DNA of 62,452 nt, the filler included, from Choristocarpus tenellus KU-1152 (lineage: Eukaryota; Protista; Phaeophyceae), in the NCBI GenBank assembly GCA_964200185.2. It is 13 parts of 13 records of this genome, joined end to end, with 100 filler letters (N's around TTAATTAATTAA, not from the genome) between each part and the next. Parts side by side here need not be neighbours in the genome. Positions count along the whole stretch, not along the records: positions 47,962 to 54,045 come from CAXNAD020008977.1; positions 54,146 to 59,813 come from CAXNAD020010080.1; positions 59,914 to 62,452 come from CAXNAD020026942.1; 10 more parts are not named here. One strand, given 5' to 3'. Below the pieces are notes generated by a model. That model was given only the letters and a program-made list of their open reading frames with translations, was not told the origin of the DNA and did no database searches. The translations under genes and the position numbers were made by a program. This document shows, one piece after another, positions 51,583-62,452 of the stretch. The first letter of the stretch is position 1. The number at the start of each line of letters is the position of its first letter.

Positions 51583-51726
51583 CTTTTCGAAACAGGGTAA
51601 GCAGAAGAATTCCTCGCAGTTGGAACACTCAGAAAAGGCCTCAAACCCACAGCTGTTCCCACAAGATGGTCGTTGCAGCAACTCCAGAAAGTCTTGAGGG
51701 CGCCGCCATCGCATCTCCCCTGTCAT
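51583..51726 (-). CDS. Exon with end of a WW domain plus B-box-type zinc finger
   Basis: cag|MTGEMRWRRPQDFLELLQRPSCGNSCGFEAFSECSNCEEFFCLPCFEK|gt: TGExxWxxP followed by a CxxxC..CxxC..FCxxCF pattern; 144 nt in phase 0. Neighbouring exons were not found. Confidence 0.7.
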
Positions 51727-53814
51727 CTGCCATGTGTGGGGTAAGAATGAGGGGTGATCCCAGGATGAAATGCGGCAAGGTATTCATGTGAAAAAGGGTA
51801 CAGATAAAATTCATTCACAAGATTGGTAGGGTAAAGGTAAATTTCTTTATAGTTAGTGAAAGGTTTGGCTAGAATTTCTCCAAATATGGCATAAAAATTC
51901 TTTGCCATGCAAGGGCTAATAGGTAACCACCTGTGTGTGATGACATACTGAAAGCAATGATGTCTGAAATTCTGGATCTCTATAATGTGAACTGATATAT
52001 TTCTAAAATACGGAACATCACCCAGGAAGCTGGCATTGAACACTCTCCATTATATCAGCCTTTATATTGAAGAATCCTTAAGGAGAGGGCCTTTGAGTGA
52101 GGCGTTTCACGAGTAAATGGGAAGTAGGTAGTTTAAGATGTTGAAAAGCAAGTCATTCTGAAGCGAAAAGCCATGGAGGCTACGGGTATTAGGAATTATC
52201 TGGTCATAGAGCTTGGGAAATTTTCTCGTTTGGAAATGGATGGGGAGCCAATGCAATCATTGGGTGTCGGTAAAGTACTGGAAGTATCCAGTCGTTGAAG
52301 TGCTAATATACAAGAATAACTTGCTCTTATGGGTAATGGATAAATCTTACAAAATGGAAGCATTTGCAGTATTCTGTTGCAAAACAAATGGACATATGAC
52401 AACTCTTGAAAGTTCGTGGTTTATATCCATTGACTACTCTCCTGCAAAGCTTGTAACCTTATATCCCGATTTGAAATCTGATTCACTATGGCTGCGAAAT
52501 ATATGGAGGATCGAGAAGATCTACTACCTTGGAGCAGAGAATGCAACATCAATCTGAATATTTAAGGATACATCACCTGTTGTACAAAAAAAAAAAGATT
52601 CGTAAGTATATCAACTCATAATCGAACACCACTATCCACTATATGAAAGTTTGCTCCCATCACCACTATTTCCCCTTATTCTCCATTGTATTTCAGAAAT
52701 GAGAACACAATGATCACGCCTTATCTTGCAAAGGCGCCATTGTGGAAATTGGGTACAAGAGTATTGAGGTAACTATACGAAAATGGAGACTCTCATTTGT
52801 AGGATCAGTTTCAAGCATGGGGGATGAGCAATTTCCGAAGGTGTTGAGTTTGGGTAGGTTACATGTGGGAAATGAACGCAGGATGAAAGGAGAAAAAGTG
52901 GTGAGTGTGCCTGGTAGATAACCTTGACAAGTTTAGGATCATGGTTGAGGGATGGAGCACACAGGCAACTAACAGACACAGGTGATACTAGCGTGTGTTT
53001 GATGGTACCATCAACTTCATCATGGCAGAGTGGAATTCCACTAATATGTGACAGCTGTTGGATACCCCATCCTCAAGCAACAGCTAAGGCAGACAAGGCA
53101 GACCAACCAGACCAGAGCACATGCAAACTCCCCACCTCCACCAAGATATGCTGAATGCTGCTTTCTCAATATACTTCTCATTTTGGGGTTGATTATTCTT
53201 CCATCACTTTTTAGTTCCTTTGATTCATTCTTGTAAAACGGGATTAATGTTGATTTTCGGATTAGATGGATCAGGTGTGGCTCAACCATTATTGGAATGT
53301 CAGTGCATTGCACCTGGTTACCTTTGCTACTGTCATGGATGTACTGAGCTCTTTCAAATTTTATTTTTCTATTTTTTTCCCATTCTTTTCTTTCATTGAT
53401 TTTCTATCATATATTCTTATCGTTCTATCTCAACACCATGTATTGACCACCTTTTGACCACAGATCTGGAACTCCCCAGACTCATGTGAAAATACATAAA
53501 CATAGAACATAAATGTAAGTTGATAGCAAGAGATTTCTTGCTTGATTGGAGTGTTTGAGAAATCCAAGCCAAGGGAGACCTCTCTTCTACTGGGAATTCC
53601 GGACTACAGTACAAAGCAAACATCATGATTTGACCTGATGGGGTTATCGCAATAATTGGTAGGGGGGATTTCTGCCACCAGCTGTTCAGTATACTCAAGT
53701 TTTCCTGGGGGACTATCTAGGCTGTGTGCCCATCTCTGAAGACAAATACAAGTTTCAAATATTCCAGTAAAGGTTTCCTGTTAACATTTCTGAAAGGTGC
53801 CAAATCGAACAGAA

Positions 53815-54045
53815 GAGTGAAAGGGTACGAGGTATGCCCTGTTTGTCCATTTGGGGCTTGGCTTCCCACAGGTTTTTATGACATTTTACCTACTCCAAGA
53901 TGTTCTGGAGGAGGTAAATTGTTTGCATTATGAAAAGGTGTGTGCGGAACAAGGATATTGACATCTCATAACAAACATGATAGCCAAAATTACATCGAAA
54001 TTGCAACATTGGATTTTGACCCCCCAAATGGACTCGGCTCTACCC
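53815..54045. mobile_element. MITE family B copy truncated by spacer
   Basis: Colinear with 9150-9407; left TIR partly deleted. Confidence 0.8.
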
Positions 54046-54417
54046 NNNNNNNNNNNNNNNNNNNNNNNNNNNNNNNNNNNNNNNNNNNNTTAATTAATTA
54101 ANNNNNNNNNNNNNNNNNNNNNNNNNNNNNNNNNNNNNNNNNNNNTAAATGAACTTTTTTTTCTGATTTTGGTCCAAGTGGACACTCTGGTGTAGCCCCC
54201 CTCCCCCCCCCCCCACCACCCCCCAGATACTCTGGGTCTCGTGTGGGAGAAAAGTACACAAATCAAATGAAAAAAGCTTCTCAATGCTGTGATTTGGCTG
54301 TTACGGAGAGTGACAAGTATGTGGAAAAAGTCAATTTATTTTCTTCTTTTTAAAATGGATGTGTATAGGATATTTTCCGAATTCTGTCAAAAAGTCTCGA
54401 ACAATAGAGAAATCATT

Positions 54418-54615
54418 GGACTAAATTATCTGGGGGGGGGGGGGTCTACACCAGGGTGTCCATTTGACCAGGAGAAGTGAACTTTCATTATACCGATTTC
54501 ATTATACCGATTTCATTATACCAATGTATGCCGCCAAACCGCCCAAAAATCGCTACATGAAAAAAGGGGCCCTCAATGGACAGCCTCCACCCCCCACCCC
54601 CAGATACTTTGAGCC
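54418..54615. mobile_element. MITE family A copy nested in a family C element, with an internal 14-bp triplication
   Basis: The flanks gagaaatcatt / aacactctcaagtcaaac join to match the uninterrupted gagaaaccgacgctctcaagtcaaac at 21735-21760. (tttcattataccga)x3 at 54483-54522. Confidence 0.8.
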
Positions 54616-54710
54616 AACACTCTCAAGTCAAACTTAGCACTTTGTCTATAGAAATTTGAGTTAATTGCAAAGGTTTGAGAACGGTTGCTTAAGACGTAAA
54701 TCGGCCAAAA

Positions 54711-55198
54711 CTAACCCTAACCCTAACCCTAATCAATGCAAAACCTCTCATTACTTTGAATCTGTGCAACAATGTTGTGTTTGCCTCGATCTATTCTGGA
54801 AGGTTCCTTAACCCTAACCACAGCCCTAACCCTAACCCTAACCCTAACCCTAACCCTAACCCTAACCCCCCAAACCATTTTTTTCCGGGAGGTTCTGAGA
54901 TCTGGGTTAGGGTTAGGTTAATGCACCTGGCACAGATGCATTAAACCATGCTCCTAAGAGTCAGGGTTAGGGTTAGGGTTAGGGTTAGGGTTAGGGTTAG
55001 GAGCACGGACTAACACCGGTGTGTGATGTACAAGAGAGGATGCCAGAGACCTGTTATGTTACTCACACTTGTTCATCAATCTTCTGTGGTAAGGAGCGTA
55101 CCTGGTCTTGCAATTCCTCCTTAGTGCTGACCAGTTCACCAACTTCGTATCTTCAGGGTTAGGGTTAGGGTTAGGGTTAGGGTTAGGGTTAGGGCTAG
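54711..55198. repeat. Cluster of interstitial telomeric repeats in both orientations
   Basis: (CCCTAA)n at 54711-54731 and 54807-54868; (TTAGGG)n at 54905-54920, 54963-55000 and 55155-55198. Confidence 0.9.
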
Positions 55199-57308
55199 TA
55201 GTACGGTATGTGTTTCAAGTGCAAGGGAACGTAAAATGTACAATACCATGTGTTCAGGTGTGAGAAAAGAACTTGCTAGGGTTAGGGATATCGATATTGT
55301 GCAATTATATCAAATCGATATTGTGCAACTATATCAAATCGATAATTTTCACCTTGAGTGCACTCACTCCGTAAGTCTTGTTGGTGCCTTATCTACTTGT
55401 AGTCACTATCGCAGGATTGCACAGTATAATAATAATAATAATAATGATATAAAAATATTGACAGTCAGACTTGAACTCATTAATGAAAACAAAATAAAAT
55501 ATAAATCATCAGCTAAAAAAAAAAAAAACGAGAGAGAGTCTCGAGCGAGTGTGAGTCCAAGGTCCTCGATACAAAGCTGTCCAGAGTTTCAGTGTGGCAA
55601 GAAATCATCCTGAGGTACTTACTGCTTGGGCAGAGCAGGAGAGTGACAAGACTGACACCAAGCAAAGAGCTGGTTCGATAGGTAACAGTCAAATAAACGA
55701 AATAAAGCTCATCCCTTGCACATTTCGTTCAGGCCACAAACTACAATGAGGCGGTACAATCTATACAAATGAATACAAATGGTCTCTTGCGTGTATTGGT
55801 TGCATGCTGTTCCTTCAGTGGCAGCAATCTTCGATGGGAGGCGGTGCTCAGGGCTAAGGCTGCCTGTCTTCAGTGTCTGAGGGGACAACCCTGGTGTTGC
55901 CATTCAGGGAATAGGCGTTGTTCACCTCAGTACAGTGTCTCTTCGCTCCACCTCATGAAGTTGCTGTGCCACCTGATCTTTCTCCACCTTGAGTTCTTCT
56001 ACCTCGCTGAGAGTTGCCTCGTGCCTTGCTGTCGCCTGGTGGGTCACATGGAAATTTTGAAGCTAATGACGGGTTGGACACAGAAATGTTGACATGTTGA
56101 GCTTCTTGTTCCCCTGTGGCCTCTTTGACTGTAGTCACCCATGCATTGCATGCCAGAGCCGGGAGGTGGGGAGGGTGGGAGTTGAAGGAAGATCCTGAGG
56201 GGGAAGGTTTCATGTGGTGGAACCTAGAATCACGTCATTCAGTAACCCCCAACAACCCTGTACAATTTATATGGGCTAGAGTGTGTACTGCAAAGAAGTC
56301 TTTGCAGTCAATTTTTGTCTGTGGGGTTTTCGTGGGGAATGAATAGTCCATTAGGACGCCGTTCAAATATGTCAAACGACAACCTTGAAGAAACTTCACC
56401 AAATAGCCAAAGCATGGCATTCCTAATCTCAGCCCTATTACAAACTACTATATATACAAACAAAGTCACTTGCCTTCTCCAAGCGTATCTGATCCCCTAA
56501 GCACTCATTATGGAGACTCTTGACAGATTTTAGGACCTGTCAGGCACAACGTATGTAAATCAATTTGTGAGTGGTTGCCAGCATTCGGAGCAGTGACTAT
56601 AGTTGATCCCTAAGGCTATGTTCGCTGACCACTGTCCCAAGTTATTACAACTTGTCGGAATAACCAGAAGACAATGTTAGTTTTGCGATCAATGATCTGT
56701 TTTAGACAAGGAGAGCTTTCGTATATCAGCGGCAATCATATCCACATATCGCGACTGCCCTAGCCGGACACATGAACAGGAAGATCATTGAGAGATGCCT
56801 ATTGGTTCCGGCAATCCCTCCCAATCTGAGATGTTCCAGCCTACCATACCCTCGTCAAAACTCCTCCCATGAACTCACCTCCCTCTCCGCATGGTGTGCG
56901 TTGAGGACGAACGCATGCATTGAACGGTAACGAGACCGGTATTCCTCTGCCTCCTCGGGTGATACTCTGCTCGAGGGGTTCAGCAGTGCTGTGTTTTAGT
57001 TTGATTCTCTAAAATGCAGGAAAGGAGTGTTAAGGCCCATTGCAATGCCGTGAGAAATATCACATTTAACCCCAGATAAAATCCTACGAGCTCTTTTCTT
57101 TTCTAGTATGTACTCACGTCCTATCTGCTACTTGCTCCTTGATGCTAGCGAAAGCGATCGACAGCTCTATGTCTTCCGCCACGGCAAGGCTGTCGTTCAG
57201 CTCTCTCTCTCGCTGGGCAAGGTTGGGCGCCTTGGTGTGGGCATCAGGGTGCCCAAGAGAATTTTCTGAGTTGCGACCAGGAGATTCTTGGGAATCGGAG
57301 TCTGACAT
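55067..57308 (-). CDS. CCDC146: CCDC146/MBO2-like flagellar coiled-coil protein, 5' exons 57308-57118, 56966-56879, 56536-56474, 56035-55926, 55150-55067
   Basis: Spliced: MSDSDSQE..SIAFASIKEQVADRT|VSPEEAEEYRSRYRSMHAFVLNAHHAERE|VLKSVKSLHNECLGDQIRLEK|ATARHEATLSEVEELKVEKDQVAQQLHEVERRDTVLR|YEVGELVSTKEELQDQ. This resembles the CCDC146 N-terminus (AF..L.E.....Y..LH..V....E..LL). Phases are consistent, with one GC donor. Confidence 0.7.
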
Positions 57309-57670
57309 CGTGCTCGCTTATTGCCCACTCCTCGTTGTGAGTGAAATTGGATCCCCAAAATTTTCAACTCTTGCACCGGATCTATGAAACCGCCAAATTG
57401 ATGAAATTTACCTCTTCTGTCCAAAGTTCAGGTTTCACTACACATGAATCCACCTGGATTAATCCTATGGTAGTCGTAGAAATGAGACCCCATACGAATC
57501 AGACAAGACCTGACCCTTGCATATGCCACAGCACGCTCAATATCACTCATTCAGTATAATGGAGTGGGGTTATTACCGTAGATGCTCTAACTGGTCATGA
57601 CGATACTTCGACGTCCTGCTCAAATGAGTATGTGACGTTCTTGGTTCGTCAGAGACATATTAACAACAGG

Positions 57671-59469
57671 ATGGAAGAGTTCAATGGATCAAATTTTAGG
57701 TCGTTCTATCCCAACATGGATGCATCCTTCCAGTGGGCGGAATGGCCTGCCAATTGGCAGGTACTCTTTAACTGGAAGCTCCTTTTCCAGATTTAGTTAC
57801 ATGCTGAGTACGCCGCGTGAATATTGAACCTCAAAGTTCCACTTCAAGTTTTCCCTCCAGTTCGCTATGCTTACTTAATCTGTGGTGCTCGCAACCATAC
57901 AGGAGATTGCAACTAGCACTTACGACCACGATGAATACGGATGGCAGAATGGTGAAAGTGTGCCAATGGATTGGACAAGGGACGAGAACTATGGAGAAAA
58001 TATATCAGCTGATGGAGGTAACATATCTTACGGGTGGGATTTAGCCCTGGAGTCATACGAAGGACTGCACTGCAGCCCAACAAAGGAGTTTCCAACATCA
58101 GGCACTGAAGAGAGCCCACAACATGACTTCGACAACGGCGCGGCAGACCGATACTACAATGAGGACTTCCCACAGGCAAGTACTGGCAAGTGTCCCCAGA
58201 GAGAGTCGTGACCTTGTCTTCCTCTATCAACACATAAGGGATGGCAGCCAAGATGTGTATGCCTTATGGATATGAAGTGCTATCAACCCTACCAATGTCA
58301 AAATAAGCAGCGTTTCTTTCTTCTTCTGCAAGTTGCTGGTGACGATATTTCATGCATCTGCGCAAAGGACTGTGGTCCTCCTCTTCTTTCAGTGTAGCAC
58401 TACCTTTTGATTGGCCTTCCCTTTCCATAATTACAGGGATCTAGTTATGGTTCTAATGAGGGACTAGTGCTTTACAAGGGCGCCAATGACCGAGAACAGA
58501 ACCATATACCCAGGAACAGCCGAACCAATCGCGGTCTGTGCATGGACAAAAGCCACCCAGAACATAACAATAATGGAGCGATTGTGGAGTATAACACTGA
58601 CCATACCCAAGGGCAAACATCAGGTATCGTATGCAAGACCCCTCCCATATTCTCAATATTTAATAGAGTACTGATGTGCACATATCCCAAGCATAACAGA
58701 TATGAGGAGTTATTTGGTGGTGATACTACTATATATTATGAGTATATCAGTACTTCTTATGTTGTACTGGTCAGAACTGGTAGTTAATAATAGAACGTGG
58801 TAAGTACTCTGTGCACAACTACACCAAGGAAACGACTCCCTCTGCTACGGGAAATCCTCAGTGGAATAGTCACAGGGGAATGTCCTGAGAAACCGTACAG
58901 AACTAGGGAGTAATCACTCTCTGTTTCGAGAGCTGTGCCTTTTTCTATTCTTGAAACATGATGCACTGGCATTTCGTCCTACAGTGCTGTGTGGTGTAGC
59001 CCTTTCCTTTTCTACTGATCACTCTCAACCTCTCCCTTGCCCCACTTTCAGAATATGACATAAACTACTGGGAGGAGGTGACAGCAGAAGACGGAACAAT
59101 ATACTACTCAAATTTATCATCAGGAATGATCAGCTACAACATACCAACACATGAACACTACGACATTCAACAGCCCGAGGTGGAAGTGCAGGAAAATGTG
59201 TTGTCATCTAGTGACTTGGGGGGAGGAGTTCTTGCAGTTCAGCATCACGGATGGAGCGACCCTCTCAACCCAGGGGCAAAGACAGCATCCCTAGCAGAAG
59301 AGGAAGGGAACTGGAAGAGCGTTTTTCAGGATGAAAAAGGTGAAGAAACGGTAGGGGGGGGTAAACAACAGGGGGAGCAGCAGCAGCTTGGCGAGGATGA
59401 TGCTACACATGCTCAGGGTGAGGGGCAGCTGCAAGGGGGAATGGGAGATATGGAGGAGGAACAAGAAGG
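57671..59469 (+). CDS. Acidic low-complexity WW-domain protein, partial; exons about 57671-57760, 57903-58208, 59053-59468
   Basis: GT-AG-bounded open frames, with WW-like YWEEVTAEDGTIYYSNLSSGMISYNIP at about 59065-59145. Start and intermediate exons are uncertain. Confidence 0.55.
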
Positions 59470-60379
59470 TAAGAAGGTGGAAACATGTTACACATACTTA
59501 GGAAGAATCCATTCAAACGGTGTCATACCACGAGCTAGTACACCCATCAAGACTTTAAGCTTATGAAAGGAGAAGAAGACAGTTCTTGCCATGCACTCAA
59601 TTCCATGTATGTTCAATGTGCCCACCGCAAACAAGTGGGGTCATCTAGGCTTGAAGTAATGGCCGGAAGAAGGAAGCAATTTGTTCTTTACTGTACTCAA
59701 GTCCACCAGTGGTTCCATCAAGACAGGGACCCAAAGTATCTGGGGGGGGGGGGGGGAGAGGGGGTTTGGGAACTGGCGTTAAGGTTGGGGTTTAAAGATG
59801 TGGAGAAAAGGGGNNNNNNNNNNNNNNNNNNNNNNNNNNNNNNNNNNNNNNNNNNNNTTAATTAATTAANNNNNNNNNNNNNNNNNNNNNNNNNNNNNNN
59901 NNNNNNNNNNNNNGGTGCAGGACTAAGCTGGGTTGGAGGCATAGGAGGGCAGTGGTGCGGCATAGCTGGTAGTAAAACAGTAAATAGATGATAGAAAAGT
60001 GTCTTTCACATTTATGACAACTGTTTACGTTTTCAGTTTTTTTTTTCTGATGTGTGAATAGTTTTCGTTGGTTTTTTCCCCTTCCACATTTGCAAATAGT
60101 AATAATAATAGAAAAATACATGATAATCGCTACTGTGTCATACTGTGGTAATTACAAAACGGCTGTACCCTTTCCGCGATCTTTTTCTTTTTCCTTACGG
60201 TGTTTTTAGTGAAAATTCCCGGAAATACTGTTTTTTTTTAATGCAACAACAACCGTACCATACCAAGGGTAGCCTGGAAGGGGACAACAACCCCCAAAAC
60301 TGCCCCAGCAGTGGTCCACACTCTGGCAGCCCATGGTGCCAGGATCACAAGGAGGGTAACAACACGAGATCAACCACCT

Positions 60380-61305
60380 CCTGAACAGGATCCACTTCAA
60401 CTCTTTCTGCACACAATTGATGGCCTTACATGATAAAGTGGAATAAGGGAAGGAAAGTTCCTTGCTAGCGCTGGGCCCCCACTGGAGCCAGTGTGGACAA
60501 GGGACAAATGCACGGGCCTTGACACACAAACAACCCTTGGGACCAGCGTGCCAGATCCCTCCCACATAGAGTTTAGACTCGCCGTCAGCAGATCCCTGTG
60601 GACCGAAATTTTCGCATGGGTCTAATCTTCCATGCGAGGGCACTTGCAGACACCGGATCAGCCCCCTACAGGGATAAAGGCCTCCTCCTGGATGTCACAT
60701 TTGCAGGAGTGCAAGCAGCTTCGCATCTGCCACACTCATCCACCAGCAATGATGTAGCTACTGCTGCTGTAGCTGAGATGCGAAAGCGCATCCAGTAGCA
60801 GGGTTCTTTTGACCCTTTGTAGTTACAACCTCAACATCTCCACGGTGGAAATTTTTGGGTGCCTTGGTAAGCAAGTGGAACGTTTTCTGGATGAGTTGGC
60901 TATGCACACATGGTAGGGGGAAGAAGGGTGGGGGAGGCAATAGCAGGAAAGGAAAGGGGCTGTCAAATCCCGTCTACGACAGGTAGTCTCCGTCACAACA
61001 GAAGTGACTCCATCTATACTTGTCATGCGTTTTAGGCTGGAGACACCAGGGGGATGGGCAAAGAGGGATCTGTCAGATTTTTGGGATGCTTTCCTACCTC
61101 CTCGCTCTGGGTGCAGGGCTAGGCTATGTTGGAGGCATAGGAGGAGAGTGGTGTAGCAGCTGGTAGTAAAAATAGTAGATAAGAAAAATATATTTTGCAT
61201 TTACGCCAACTGTTACATTTTTAGGGATTGGTCTGATATTGAATTGGCTTTTCATTGGTTTTTCCCCTGACACACCTGCAAAATGTCAGAGGGCATAGTA
61301 TAAAT
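60380..61305 (+). mobile_element. CRE-like RLE non-LTR retrotransposon, 3' portion with 3' UTR, stem-loop and A-rich tail
   Basis: HWSQCGQG..IPP/EFRLAVSRSL, FRMGLIF..DKGLLLDVTFA..AEMRKR..GSFDP..STVEIFGCLGKQVERFLDELAMH..RKGAVKSRLRQVVSVTTEV (RLE-type D..D/K pattern); frameshifts; stem-loop cccctgaca..tgtcagaggg at 61264-61293. Confidence 0.75.
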
Positions 61306-62452
61306 ATCAACGTAAGCCTTACTTGCTATATACCTTGCTGTATAAATGCCAATTTTAGTCATGAGAGGAAATTAACTCCCAGGGTGTGTAGGGTGGTCAG
61401 ATGTGGTAGAACCCTAAACCGCCACTGTGGAAAGAACGTAGTATAAAAAAATACTGTGCCTTCCGAATGTCAAGGTACCGTGGGAAGCGATGAAATTACG
61501 ATACTTTACTTGTTTTTTTTGTTTTTTCCAGGGTATACTTTACTGTGCCGAGCCGTATGTACAATGCTCAAAGTCACCGTTACCACACCATACTTTTTCA
61601 AAAAATTCTATTGCTGTACACTGTGCACAATTTATTTTATTTAATTCACAGTATATAATACCCCTTCCTGTTCAATACCGTCACGGTCTTAAAAATCCGT
61701 GACGGTACTGAAGTGTGCAATCATTTCCGTGGCGAGCCTTGCTTTAATAATACCCCCCCCCCCCGCCAATCAATGACCCTCGAAACATTTTTTTCTTTTT
61801 TTTGCCCGGAAGACCAATCTTGGTTAGTATTGAATTCATTCGCCACAGTACAGTTACGGGATGGTGAGTACAGTTACGGGATGGTGACGGCAAACGACCG
61901 ACACATGCGAGTTGTATTATTGTGGTTATTGGGGGGGGGACTGGCCCAAACACAAGCTGACGCTCTTTTTCTTTTTTTCCCCGAGGTACACGCACACCCT
62001 GTTCTAACCCTAACCCTAACAATTCAATGTACTTCTGACTTAACTGTTGTTGGAGGTGTATTATTCAATGTATTATTCAATGAACATCTTCCCCCATTCG
62101 CGACTTCCTCCCTTCTCTTCTCCCCTAGGAGAAATTCGGACACTCGAGGGTTGCCACCTCGTAGGAGTAAGGAGAACAGTAACACGCCTACCTTACTTTC
62201 TACTCCCGCATCCCCCTCCGCTGGGGGTGGCATGCTGGTGAAGAGCTCCACTGCCCCTGCACGGTCTCATATCATATCTGGTCATGAGTCCCCCGGTGCG
62301 CCAGGTCTGCCGGTCCTGGGTTCCCACTCGGAGTCCTGGCCTGGCCCGAGGCGCAAGCAGCAGCAGCAGCAACAGGAGGAGGAGGAGGAGGAGGAGGAGG
62401 AGGCGGGGGGGGGGGGGGGGGGGGGGGGAATAGGCACAGGTGCCGGGGCGGG

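Overview
Eukaryotic nuclear DNA, intron-rich and repeat-rich, most consistent with a brown alga or a related photosynthetic stramenopile. This inference rests on TTAGGG-type telomeric repeats, a gene with a bipartite signal/plastid presequence, a flagellar CCDC146-like gene and a plastid-type rps11 fragment. The window is 13 contigs joined by 12 identical artificial 100-nt spacers (44 N + TTAATTAATTAA + 44 N), so adjacency across spacers is not guaranteed. It starts with a (CCCTAA)n array. Spliced genes I could reconstruct by hand: an FNBP4-like WW protein with an upstream CCCH-like finger (3' part), a predicted thylakoid-lumen protein (5' part), cytosolic leucyl-tRNA synthetase (3 internal exons), an ATM-like FAT-domain exon, a URI1/Bud27-like prefoldin (apparently complete), a GT28/UGT80-like glycosyltransferase (5' part), a WW+B-box exon, a CCDC146-like gene (5' part, with a GC-AG intron) and a divergent WW gene. 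Mobile DNA: three related MITE families (two show 4-bp TSDs, Sola-like), decayed CRE-like RLE non-LTR retrotransposons with a conserved 3' stem-loop and (AAT)n tail, a zinc-finger+CENP-B-HTH pogo-like relic and a Tc1/IS630-like relic. The most intriguing signal is interstitial telomeric repeats lying directly at intron 3' ends, where CTAAC could act as the branch point. No prokaryotic operon or CRISPR system is present. All homology calls come from remembered motifs, not database searches.
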